A stretch of DNA of 32,000 bases from Erysipelothrix larvae (GTDB taxonomy: Bacteria; Bacillota_I; Bacilli_A; Erysipelotrichales; Erysipelotrichaceae). Shown one piece after another: positions 8,298 to 16,967 of this stretch; the stretch's first letter is position 1, and every line of letters begins with the position of its first letter. Below the pieces are notes generated by a model that saw only the letters and a list, made by a program, of their open reading frames with translations, had not been told where the DNA came from and searched no databases. Made by a program: the position numbers and the translations under genes. The DNA is taken from the NCBI RefSeq assembly GCF_001545095.1, contig NZ_CP013213.1, positions 990,001 to 1,022,000 on the forward strand, in the 5' to 3' direction.

Positions 8298-9365
8298 ATG
8301 AAAAATATTCGTAAGTTCATCGTTTTATTACTCGTACTTATTACTTTTACTGCGTGTGGTAATAGTGATAATGGGAATAACGAAATACCAAAAGTTGCAT
8401 TATTAATTGGAAACAGAGGCGATATGTCATTTAACGATAGCGCTGTACGTGGTGTTGAAAAAGCCGGTAAAGATTTTGAAGTTGATGTTAAAGTCATCGA
8501 ATATGGACATGAAACTGATAAGTTTGAAACGACATTTGTTGATACTGCTGAAACTGGATATGACGTGATTATTACAGGGTCATCCTTTGTAGATTATATC
8601 GAAAATCATTCAGCTACGTATCCAAATACAACATTCATTATTTTTGATGGTGAAGTTGATTATACAAATGGTAAAAACAAGAATGTTAACAGCATTATTT
8701 ATAGTGCGAATGAAGCATCCTATGTTGGTGGGTACTTATCTGCGAAATTAAGCGAAACTGGTGTTATTGGGTTCTTAGGTGGACAAGAGGCACCAATCAT
8801 CAATGACTTCTTAGTAGGCTTTATACAAGGTGCTAAAGAAGCAAATCCAAATGTAAAAGTGGCTGTTTCTTTTGTAGGTAACTATAATGACTCCTCTAAA
8901 GGAAAAGAACTTTCACTTGCAATGCATAATCAAAAAGCTGACATGATCTTCAATGTTGCTGGTGGTGCAGGTGTAGGACTTATTGAAGCTGCGGACGAAA
9001 GTAAATTCTATGTATTGGGTGTAGATTCTGATCAAGCGATGATCTATGATGCATCGGGTAAGCTTAACTTTGCGAAAGTTATTCCAACTTCTGTTATGAA
9101 AAATGTGGATGAATCACTGTATCGCGCGATTGATCTATATTTGAAGAAAGAACTTAACATTGGTGGAAAAGACACATTAGGACTTAAAGAAAATGGTGTT
9201 GGAATTGCCGAAAACAAATACTATGAAGAAATGGTATCACAAGAGTTAAGAGATGAAGTAAAAGCACTACTTGGTAGAATTACAAGTGGGGAAATTAAAG
9301 TAGACACTGCATACGGAAAGACTACCGATGAAATCACAACGATTCGAGATTCCGTAAGACCGTAA
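8298..9365 (+). CDS. BMP-family (PnrA/NupN/TmpC-like) nucleoside-binding lipoprotein, ABC substrate-binding component
   Basis: Signal peptide with a lipobox-like FTAC followed by GNSDNG. The motif GDMSFNDSAVRGV and the overall length are typical of PF02608-type proteins. The start abuts the deoD stop (TAAATG). Confidence 0.9.
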   Translation: MKNIRKFIVLLLVLITFTACGNSDNGNNEIPKVALLIGNRGDMSFNDSAVRGVEKAGKDFEVDVKVIEYGHETDKFETTFVDTAETGYDVIITGSSFVDYIENHSATYPNTTFIIFDGEVDYTNGKNKNVNSIIYSANEASYVGGYLSAKLSETGVIGFLGGQEAPIINDFLVGFIQGAKEANPNVKVAVSFVGNYNDSSKGKELSLAMHNQKADMIFNVAGGAGVGLIEAADESKFYVLGVDSDQAMIYDASGKLNFAKVIPTSVMKNVDESLYRAIDLYLKKELNIGGKDTLGLKENGVGIAENKYYEEMVSQELRDEVKALLGRITSGEIKVDTAYGKTTDEITTIRDSVRP

Positions 9366-9373
9366 TCAAGATC

Positions 9374-9401
9374 AAGCGCAGTTTAAAAAAGAGCTGCGCT
9401 T
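9374..9401 (+). terminator. Intra-operon hairpin after the binding-protein gene (partial terminator or mRNA-stabilising element)
   Basis: Perfect 8-bp stem AAGCGCAG (9374-9381) / CTGCGCTT (9394-9401) with a 12-nt loop, followed by an interrupted T-tract (TACTTT). Confidence 0.4.
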
Positions 9402-9423
9402 TACTTTAAATTGGAGGGTAATT

Positions 9424-10980
9424 ATGAGTGATGAAATTCTAAAAATGGAAGGTATAACAAAAGTATATCCCAATGGCGTTGTTGCAAATCAAGACGTTAA
9501 TTTCTCAGCCCATCGCGGTGAAATTCATGCATTGATGGGTGAAAATGGTGCAGGTAAATCAACACTGATGAAAATCTTGTTTGGCATGGAATCTCATGAA
9601 GCTGGACAAATTTATTTAAACAATCAACCTGTTAACATTGATTCACCGCTAAAAGCAATTGAACTAGGAATTGGGATGGTTCATCAACACTTTATGCTTG
9701 TTGATCATTTAAGTGTGCTTGAAAATATCGTGCTCGGTATGGAACCAAGGAAGGGAATCCGAATTGATTGGGATAAAGCGCGTTCAATCGTTGAAGAAGC
9801 ATCAAAAAAATATAACTTTAACATTAAACCAGACCAACTTATTGTTGATTTAAATGTAAGTCAAAAACAAAAAGTTGAAATCCTAAAAGTCTTAATTAGA
9901 GGCGCAAATGTTCTAATCATGGATGAGCCTACTGCGGTATTAACACCTCAAGAAACTGAAGAACTGTTTGCACAATTGATTGAACTTAAAAAATCAGGTC
10001 ATACAATTTTATTCATCTCTCATAAGCTCAAAGAGATTAAAGAAATTTGTGATCGAATTACTATTATGAGATCTGGAAAAGAAGTTGGTGTCTATCATGT
10101 TAAGGATGTTACGACCTCAGACATCTCTCGATTAATGATTGGACGCGATGTCATCAACGCCATAAACAAGCCTGAGGCAAAACGTGGGTATACGACATTA
10201 GATGTTAAGAACCTAAAGGTAGTGAGTATCGATCAAAAAATTGTTGTGAATGATGTATCCTTTTGCGTAAAAAAAGGTGAAATCTTGGGAATTGCTGCGA
10301 TTGAAGGGAATGGACAACGCGAATTGATTGATGCAATCACAGGACTGGGTGGTTATGATTCAGGTGATATTTATATTGAAAATAAAGAATGTGCAAATAA
10401 TAATCCCACATTAGATCGTCGTAAACGGGGCCTTGTACACATTCCAGAAGATCGCTTTACATTTGGCGTTATGGCAGATGAAAGCATTCGAGACAACCTT
10501 ATTTCAAATCGATATAACTTAAAAGAATACAACAGTGGCTTATCTTTGAATATGAAAAAGATAAATGCTTTAACCAGTGATTTAATCAAGGAATTTGAAA
10601 TAAAAACAGACAGTCCTCTATCACCAGTACGGATGTTGTCGGGGGGGAACATTCAAAAAGTTGTTGCTGCGCGTGAAATGAGTGTTGACATGTCAATTCT
10701 TGTTGCAGACCAGCCAACGCGTGGTATTGATGTAGGAACTGCATCCTTTATCCATAACAGTATCGTGAAACTTCGTGATTCAGGCGTAGCTGTGTTACTG
10801 TCTTCTGCAGACATTAATGAAGTGCTAGAGCTCTCAGACTCACTCATCGTCATGTATAACGGGGAAATCACAGGGTACTTTAAAAATGCCCAAAATGTCT
10901 CAGAAGAAGAGTTGGGATTATATATGTTAGGACTTAAGGTTATGAAGAAAGAAGAAATCGAGGGGGAAATGTATGGCTAA
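9424..10980 (+). CDS. Nucleoside/sugar-type ABC transporter ATP-binding protein with two fused NBDs
   Basis: 518 aa. NBD1 has Walker A GENGAGKST and Walker B LIMDEPT. NBD2 has the degenerate Walker A typical of this family (IEGNGQRE), signature LSGGNIQK and Walker B LVADQPTRGID. GGAGGG RBS. Confidence 0.9.
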   Translation: MSDEILKMEGITKVYPNGVVANQDVNFSAHRGEIHALMGENGAGKSTLMKILFGMESHEAGQIYLNNQPVNIDSPLKAIELGIGMVHQHFMLVDHLSVLENIVLGMEPRKGIRIDWDKARSIVEEASKKYNFNIKPDQLIVDLNVSQKQKVEILKVLIRGANVLIMDEPTAVLTPQETEELFAQLIELKKSGHTILFISHKLKEIKEICDRITIMRSGKEVGVYHVKDVTTSDISRLMIGRDVINAINKPEAKRGYTTLDVKNLKVVSIDQKIVVNDVSFCVKKGEILGIAAIEGNGQRELIDAITGLGGYDSGDIYIENKECANNNPTLDRRKRGLVHIPEDRFTFGVMADESIRDNLISNRYNLKEYNSGLSLNMKKINALTSDLIKEFEIKTDSPLSPVRMLSGGNIQKVVAAREMSVDMSILVADQPTRGIDVGTASFIHNSIVKLRDSGVAVLLSSADINEVLELSDSLIVMYNGEITGYFKNAQNVSEEELGLYMLGLKVMKKEEIEGEMYG

Positions 10981-12076
10981 AGAGAAGACAAACAAATCAA
11001 AAGTGTTAAAACTTGAAGCACTCTTTGAAGTTCTTCGAACATTAGTAGCAATTGGATTATCCATGCTCCTAATCATTATCATTGTTGCGATTGTAAGTGA
11101 CAATCCATTAGAAGCAATCAAAAACCTATTGCTTGGACCATTATCTTCATTTAGAAGATTTGGAAATGTTGTTGAGTTAATGATTCCATTAACCTTCACA
11201 GGGTTGGCAATATCCATCGTATTAAAGTCAAAACGCTTTAATTTAGTATCAGACAGTGCCTTCTTTTTAGGAGGGATGGTAGCGACTATTATTGGTATAT
11301 TCAGTCCGCTTCCAGCAATTCCAACCCTCATTTTAGCACTCATTGCTGCGTTTCTTGCAGGAGGATTAGTGGGAAGTGTACCTGCACTCTTAAATAGTAA
11401 ATTTGGTTCAAACGAACTTGTAACATCGTTAATGCTAAATTACGTTGTCTCATTTTTTGTTAAGTATTTATTTAACTATAAAGTACGAGATACCAGTAAA
11501 CAAGCGATGCAATCCTTACCGCTGAAACCAGGTGTAGACTTACCCATCATCATTCCAGGAACACGGATTCACGTGGGGATTATTATACTCATTGCATTAG
11601 TGCTTATTTCAGGGTTTGTAATTTATCGAACACGGTGGGGTTATGCACTAAGAGCGACAGGTTCCAATGAAAACTTTGCACGTTATAGCGGTATGAAGAT
11701 TGGTTCAATCGTAGTATTAGCTCAAGTAGTCGGAACAGGGATTGCTGGATTAGGTGGTGCTGTTGAGTTAATTGGTATTCACAAGACATTCAAGTGGCTT
11801 GAGTCACCAGGATATGGGTTTGATGGCGTTATTATTTCTACCTTAGCGCGCGGCAATCCATACAACGTTCCATTAGCAGCATTCTTCTTAGCATACGTAC
11901 GTGTTGGTGCGGATATCTTGAATCGTTCTTCGGATTTACCAGCAGAAATTATTTCCGTAGTACAAGCTTCAATTATTCTATTGATTGCAGCGCAAGCATT
12001 CCTTGCTAAATTCAAACACCGCTTAATTGTTAAACGTACCGGTGCACTTGAAACTCAAGAAGGAGGTCAACACTAA
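10973..12076 (+). CDS. ABC transporter permease (NupP/YufP-like, BPD type 2)
   Basis: 367-aa polytopic protein. Its start overlaps the ATPase stop by 8 nt. RBS GAGGGGGA. Confidence 0.85.
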   Translation: MAKEKTNKSKVLKLEALFEVLRTLVAIGLSMLLIIIIVAIVSDNPLEAIKNLLLGPLSSFRRFGNVVELMIPLTFTGLAISIVLKSKRFNLVSDSAFFLGGMVATIIGIFSPLPAIPTLILALIAAFLAGGLVGSVPALLNSKFGSNELVTSLMLNYVVSFFVKYLFNYKVRDTSKQAMQSLPLKPGVDLPIIIPGTRIHVGIIILIALVLISGFVIYRTRWGYALRATGSNENFARYSGMKIGSIVVLAQVVGTGIAGLGGAVELIGIHKTFKWLESPGYGFDGVIISTLARGNPYNVPLAAFFLAYVRVGADILNRSSDLPAEIISVVQASIILLIAAQAFLAKFKHRLIVKRTGALETQEGGQH

Positions 12077-12077
12077 T

Positions 12078-13037
12078 ATGAAAATGTTAATCGACATTAT
12101 TTTTACAGAACAATTCTTCTCAGGGGTTTTACGTTTAATGACTCCAATTATATTTGCTTCACTCGCTGCATTGATGTCAAAACGTGCGGGAATCACAAAT
12201 ATGGCAATTGAAGGAACAATGCTCTTTGCAGCACTCTTTGCTGTTATTGGATCGGCATTAACCCAAAGTGTTATCGTCGGTGTGCTCAGCGCAATCGCAG
12301 TTGCAGTGGTCATTTCGATGACACTTGCATATTTTAAAATCAATATGAAAACAGATGAACTACTCGTCGCCATTGCACTTAATTTGCTCGCAACAGGGGC
12401 AACAATCTTTGTACTATATCTTGTCTCAGGCGAACGCGGAACTTCAGCTGCACTGGATAGTTTGGTTGTACCACGACTCATTATTCCAGGTCTTATGGAG
12501 ATTCCAATCCTTGGGAATATGATCCTTGGACACAATATTCTTGTTTATGTGGCATTGTTATCGGTTGCGGTTGTCAATTACATTCTCTTTAAAACACCAT
12601 TAGGACTTAGAATCCGTGCTGTTGGAGGGAATCCTGATGCAGCGGTATCTGTAGGGGTATCTGTAGTTAAAACACAATACATTGCTTTAATTATTAGTGG
12701 TCTCTTCTCAGGTCTTGGCGGAGCATTTATGTCCATGGGATATATGACCGTATTTACACGAAATATGACAGCAGGTCGTGGTTATATCGGACTTGCTGCT
12801 GCAAACATTGGGAACCAATCACCGGTCGGAGCGCTTCTTGCTTCGTTGTTATTTGGTATCTTTGATGCACTGGGTAATAATATGCAGACGCTTAAAATTC
12901 CCGTTGAATTCATCTACATGATTCCTTATGTAGCAACCATCGTCGCCTATTCAATCGCATCCTATCGTGTGAAGACAGAAAAAGAACGTATTGCGAAAAA
13001 ACTTCTCAAACTTGATGAGGGTTCGACCAATACATGA
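12078..13037 (+). CDS. ABC transporter permease (NupQ/YufQ-like)
   Basis: ATG at 12078 lies after GAAGGAGG (12058-12066) and 1 nt after the upstream stop. The listed 12027 start would overlap the previous gene by 50 nt with no RBS. 319-aa polytopic protein. Confidence 0.85.
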   Translation: MKMLIDIIFTEQFFSGVLRLMTPIIFASLAALMSKRAGITNMAIEGTMLFAALFAVIGSALTQSVIVGVLSAIAVAVVISMTLAYFKINMKTDELLVAIALNLLATGATIFVLYLVSGERGTSAALDSLVVPRLIIPGLMEIPILGNMILGHNILVYVALLSVAVVNYILFKTPLGLRIRAVGGNPDAAVSVGVSVVKTQYIALIISGLFSGLGGAFMSMGYMTVFTRNMTAGRGYIGLAAANIGNQSPVGALLASLLFGIFDALGNNMQTLKIPVEFIYMIPYVATIVAYSIASYRVKTEKERIAKKLLKLDEGSTNT

Positions 13038-14215
13038 AACAATTAATCCTAAAAAACAAAAGTGCACTTATGGTAACCTATGGGTGCATGCTGTTTGAAG
13101 GCGCGATTAATGTACTTATGGTTGCAACAATGTCAATGCTACAAGATCATTTTGAAATGAGTGCTGCTTCAATCAGCACTCTGATCACTATAAAAAGCAT
13201 TGGAACCGTTGCAACCATCTACTTCAGTGGGTCACTCTCAGATCTCATTGGTAGAAAAAACATCATATGCTTAGGTTCCGTATTCTTCATGGTGTTTCTT
13301 ATTGGATTAATATCGACCCAAAACTTCTATATGGCCATGTTCTTTGCGCTCATCGGAGGCATTGCACATGGACTGATGGATTCACCTGCAATCTCGATGT
13401 TGATTGATATCTTTGGGAGAGACAGTGGGCCAGCAATGAGTTTTGTTCAAGTGTTTTTTGCTTCAGGAAGTGCCATCACTTCCACACTTACAAGTCTTAT
13501 CATTAAAAAGAACATGAATTGGAAACTCATTTACGCCTTATATGCCATCGTTGGAATTGTTGTGATTGCAATTGTTCTCACTGCACGCTATCCGAAACGA
13601 TACAAAGGCGAACCCATTGATGCAAATGAATCTGCAAAAAGAGAGCCATCCTTTATGAGAGAGGGACTCCTATTAGCATGTACAACATTTTTGCTTTCAT
13701 CTTCAAGCGCAGTTATTAATACGTGGTTACCCACCTTTGCAAACCAAGAAAAAAACATGACATTGATAAGTAGTGTTGAGCTATTAGCCAAACTTCAATT
13801 TGGAAATATTGTAGGGGCACTTCTTTTTGCTTATATCTTAACGAAAGTGCATGCTACTGTACTCTTAATCATTAATCCATTGATTGCACTTATTGGGATG
13901 ATGACGATTGTGTTTATGCCAAACATCTCTGCTCTCAGTGTCTTTGTTGTTGGAATGGTCATGGGCGTGTTATTCTCATTAGCACTTAATATTGCTGGAG
14001 AAATGTTCCCGCAATCCTCTGGGAAGGCAACTGGGTTTATCGGGTCTGCAAGTATGTCAGCAGGGATGACAACTGTTTTTCTTACCGGTAAATTATACCC
14101 ATATACAGGGTTTCAACATCTATTTACGTTTGTGCTCATCCTTTTGAGCCTTGCGATTTGTTTAGCAACGTGGTTTAGAACGTTATATTTGAAAATGATA
14201 AAAGGAGACTTATGA
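13034..14215 (+). CDS. MFS transporter, substrate unknown
   Basis: 393 aa, about 12 TM. MFS motif A GSLSDLIGRKN lies between TM2 and TM3. There are ATGA start/stop overlaps at both ends (13034-13037 and 14212-14215). Confidence 0.85.
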   Translation: MKQLILKNKSALMVTYGCMLFEGAINVLMVATMSMLQDHFEMSAASISTLITIKSIGTVATIYFSGSLSDLIGRKNIICLGSVFFMVFLIGLISTQNFYMAMFFALIGGIAHGLMDSPAISMLIDIFGRDSGPAMSFVQVFFASGSAITSTLTSLIIKKNMNWKLIYALYAIVGIVVIAIVLTARYPKRYKGEPIDANESAKREPSFMREGLLLACTTFLLSSSSAVINTWLPTFANQEKNMTLISSVELLAKLQFGNIVGALLFAYILTKVHATVLLIINPLIALIGMMTIVFMPNISALSVFVVGMVMGVLFSLALNIAGEMFPQSSGKATGFIGSASMSAGMTTVFLTGKLYPYTGFQHLFTFVLILLSLAICLATWFRTLYLKMIKGDL

Positions 14216-15117
14216 ATAAAATTCCACTCATTATTGATTGTGATCCTGGGATAGATGATGCGTTTGCACTCTTCTATGCAATAGGATGTTCACAATTTGA
14301 TATTAAATTGATTACTACGGTTTCTGGAAATGTGAGCGTAGAAAAAACAACTGCAAATGCACTAGAAATCTTGAGGCTTGCAGATGAAAGTATTGATGTC
14401 GCAAAAGGCGCAAACCGCCCGTTGTTCTCAAAACCTTTATACGCTGAAGCGGTTCATGGAGTATCGGGTTTAGGGGATTATGCATACAAACCGTGTGCCT
14501 CACCATCATTTATAGAAAAAGATGCAGTTGACGCGATGATTGATGTGCTTGAGACAACTTCAGACAAAATAACGATCGTTGCACTGGGGCCACTGACGAA
14601 TATCGCAACACTCTTAATTCGTTATCCAAAAGCAAAAGAGAAAATTGAACGGATTTCGATTATGGGTGGCGGATTAAAAGGTGGGAATGCAAATATTGCT
14701 GCAGAGTTTAACATCTTTGTAGATCCAGAAGCAGCAAGCATTGTTTTTGATTCAGGGATTTTGATGACAATGGCTGGGCTAGATGTTACAGAACAATCAT
14801 ACATCTTAACAAAACACATCCATGAAATTGGAACCTTTGGCACAGTTGGAGCAATGCTCAAAGAGATGCTTGGTGATACCACACGTTGTAATCTACACGA
14901 TGTTGTTGCGGTTATGACACTTGTACATCCTGATATATTCTCAGGAACAAACCACCGCGTTGTTGTAGAAACAGGAGGCGTCTATTCGCGTGGGCTCACA
15001 CTGGCTGATGACCGTTATGTTGGTAGAAGCACCCAAGAAAATGTTTATGTACTACGCGATGTAAATCTTGAAGCATTTCAAAATGAACTTAAGAAAGGAT
15101 TACAGGTGTATCAATGA
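14212..15117 (+). CDS. Nucleoside hydrolase, IUNH family (paralogue 1)
   Basis: N-terminal Ca-binding Asp cluster DCDPGIDDAFAL. Also present: GPLTNIA, GGNANIAAEFNIFVDPEAA, and catalytic HD in NLHDVVAV. Confidence 0.9.
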   Translation: MNKIPLIIDCDPGIDDAFALFYAIGCSQFDIKLITTVSGNVSVEKTTANALEILRLADESIDVAKGANRPLFSKPLYAEAVHGVSGLGDYAYKPCASPSFIEKDAVDAMIDVLETTSDKITIVALGPLTNIATLLIRYPKAKEKIERISIMGGGLKGGNANIAAEFNIFVDPEAASIVFDSGILMTMAGLDVTEQSYILTKHIHEIGTFGTVGAMLKEMLGDTTRCNLHDVVAVMTLVHPDIFSGTNHRVVVETGGVYSRGLTLADDRYVGRSTQENVYVLRDVNLEAFQNELKKGLQVYQ

Positions 15118-16025
15118 CAAAAAGAAAGATTTTAATAGATACCGACCCAGGAATCGATGATGTGCTTGCAATCGCAACAGCATATTGTATTGATTCTCTT
15201 GATATCGTCGCTTTAAGCAGTGTTAAGGGAAATGTATCGTTGGAATATACTACACGTAATGCAATCTTAACACTCGATATTTTAAAACAAAATACCCCGG
15301 TCTATAAAGGTAGTAAAGAACCTCTCGTTAATTCTCCAGTTCGAAATAGCAATGTTCATGGTAGTGATGGACTTGGTAATCTTTATGATTCTTATAGAGA
15401 AGCTACCCCCCCTTTAGACCGGAAAACAGGGGGGTTATATGACCTTGCAGAGTATATAAGTCAAAGTGAAGACAAGATCACAATCATAGCGATTGGTCCC
15501 TTAACAAACATTGCGAAACTATTAATGATCGATCCACACCTAAACGAAAAGATTGAAGCCATTTATATTATGGGAGGTGGACTTAAAAAAGGGAATGTGA
15601 CCGATCTTGCTGAATTTAACTTTTACTGCGATGCATATGCTGCTCAAAAAGTATTGTTAAGCGGTATTGATATATATTTGTCAGCCCTTGATGCGACGAC
15701 ACAAGTCTACTTTACTTATGAAGAATTTGATGCATATGAGGTGAAAAATAACAAATCGGAGTTCATTAAAAAGACTTTGGAATATTATATTAACCTTGAT
15801 CCATATCTTCATGATGTTTTGGCAGTATTATCCCTGTCAGATCCTCATCTTTTTGAGTTCAAAAAGATGAACCTAAATGTGCTTACGTCTGCAGATAGTG
15901 CAAATGGCATGGTCTATGAAAGTGAGCTTAAAAATAATGGGAATGTCTATTTTGTAGATGTGAAATCAAGAGAAAACGTCGTAAAACGTGTTTTTGATAT
16001 AATTAATACTTATAATGATAGATAA
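15114..16025 (+). CDS. Nucleoside hydrolase, IUNH family (paralogue 2, more divergent)
   Basis: DTDPGIDDVLAI, GPLTNIA, GNVTDLAEFNFYCDAYAA (DPEAA is replaced by DAYAA), and HD in YLHDVLAV. ATGA overlap with paralogue 1. Confidence 0.9.
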   Translation: MTKRKILIDTDPGIDDVLAIATAYCIDSLDIVALSSVKGNVSLEYTTRNAILTLDILKQNTPVYKGSKEPLVNSPVRNSNVHGSDGLGNLYDSYREATPPLDRKTGGLYDLAEYISQSEDKITIIAIGPLTNIAKLLMIDPHLNEKIEAIYIMGGGLKKGNVTDLAEFNFYCDAYAAQKVLLSGIDIYLSALDATTQVYFTYEEFDAYEVKNNKSEFIKKTLEYYINLDPYLHDVLAVLSLSDPHLFEFKKMNLNVLTSADSANGMVYESELKNNGNVYFVDVKSRENVVKRVFDIINTYNDR

Positions 16026-16035
16026 GAGGTGAATT

Positions 16036-16941
16036 ATGAAAAAAATCGTAGTTATTGGAAGTGTAAATCAAGATATTAGTTTAACCATGCGCAATTTACC
16101 TTCAGAAGGAGATACCGTGATTGCTCAATCTATTAAGTATAATGGCGGAGGGAAAGGAGCAAACCAAGCGGTTTCACTGAATCGAATGGGATCAAACACG
16201 ACCTTTATCTGTGCCGTAGGCAATGATGAAAATGGCACACAATTAGTTGATAACTTGGTAAAAGATGGCATACATGTAATCCCAATTGCTAAGGAAGATG
16301 AGTCTACAGGATTTGCGATTATTGCAGTTGATAGCTCTGGGAAAAACAACATCATTGTATACCCTGGTGCTAACTATGCACTGAATTCTGAAGACATCAT
16401 GAGTCTTAAAGAAGAATTACAAGACGCATCATACTGTGTGCTCCAATTTGAACTGCAACTTCCTGTTATTGAAACAGTTTTAGAATGCTGTAAATCTATG
16501 AATATCCCAGTTGTCCTTAATCCCGCTCCTTATCATCCAGATTTTGATTTAGAATGGTTAAAAAATGTTGAATACTTTATTCCAAATGAAAATGAGTTTT
16601 GTAGTCTGTTTGACGATAAACAGGATGCATTAAATCTTGATGACATTAAAGAAAGAGCGCGAAAGCTTTGTAAACAATATGATCTAAAAATTATTGTTAC
16701 TTTAGGTTCAATCGGCTCAGTTTATATTGATCAAGAAACGGATCATTTTGTGGCTTCCTACAAAGTGAATGCGATTGACACCACAGCAGCAGGAGATACA
16801 TATATTGGAGCTTTTGTATCAAGGATTGATTGCGGTGATACGGTATTGGATGCAATGAAATTCGCAACTAAAGCCTCATCACTCACTGTTTCAACGAAAG
16901 GTGCACAAGAATCAATTCCATATTTGAAGCAAATGGTGTAA
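16036..16941 (+). CDS. rbsK: Ribokinase
   Basis: PfkB-family motifs: GSVNQDI, GGGKGANQAV, NPAP, DTTAAGDTYIGAF. RBS AAGAGGTG. Confidence 0.9.
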   Translation: MKKIVVIGSVNQDISLTMRNLPSEGDTVIAQSIKYNGGGKGANQAVSLNRMGSNTTFICAVGNDENGTQLVDNLVKDGIHVIPIAKEDESTGFAIIAVDSSGKNNIIVYPGANYALNSEDIMSLKEELQDASYCVLQFELQLPVIETVLECCKSMNIPVVLNPAPYHPDFDLEWLKNVEYFIPNENEFCSLFDDKQDALNLDDIKERARKLCKQYDLKIIVTLGSIGSVYIDQETDHFVASYKVNAIDTTAAGDTYIGAFVSRIDCGDTVLDAMKFATKASSLTVSTKGAQESIPYLKQMV

Positions 16942-16967
16942 TATAGACTTTTAGGAAGGTGTATAAA

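Noticed and set aside
10371-11343. Three consecutive minus-strand ORFs (93, 72 and 138 aa) antisense to the ABC ATPase and permease 1
   Set aside because: These are shadow ORFs inside well-supported genes. They have no start context and no recognisable motifs.
12023-12535. 170-aa ORF on the minus strand, the longest unassigned ORF in the track
   Set aside because: It lies entirely antisense to the junction of the two ABC permease genes, has no RBS, and has an Ala/Ser/Ile-rich low-complexity translation typical of the shadow frame of a membrane-protein gene.
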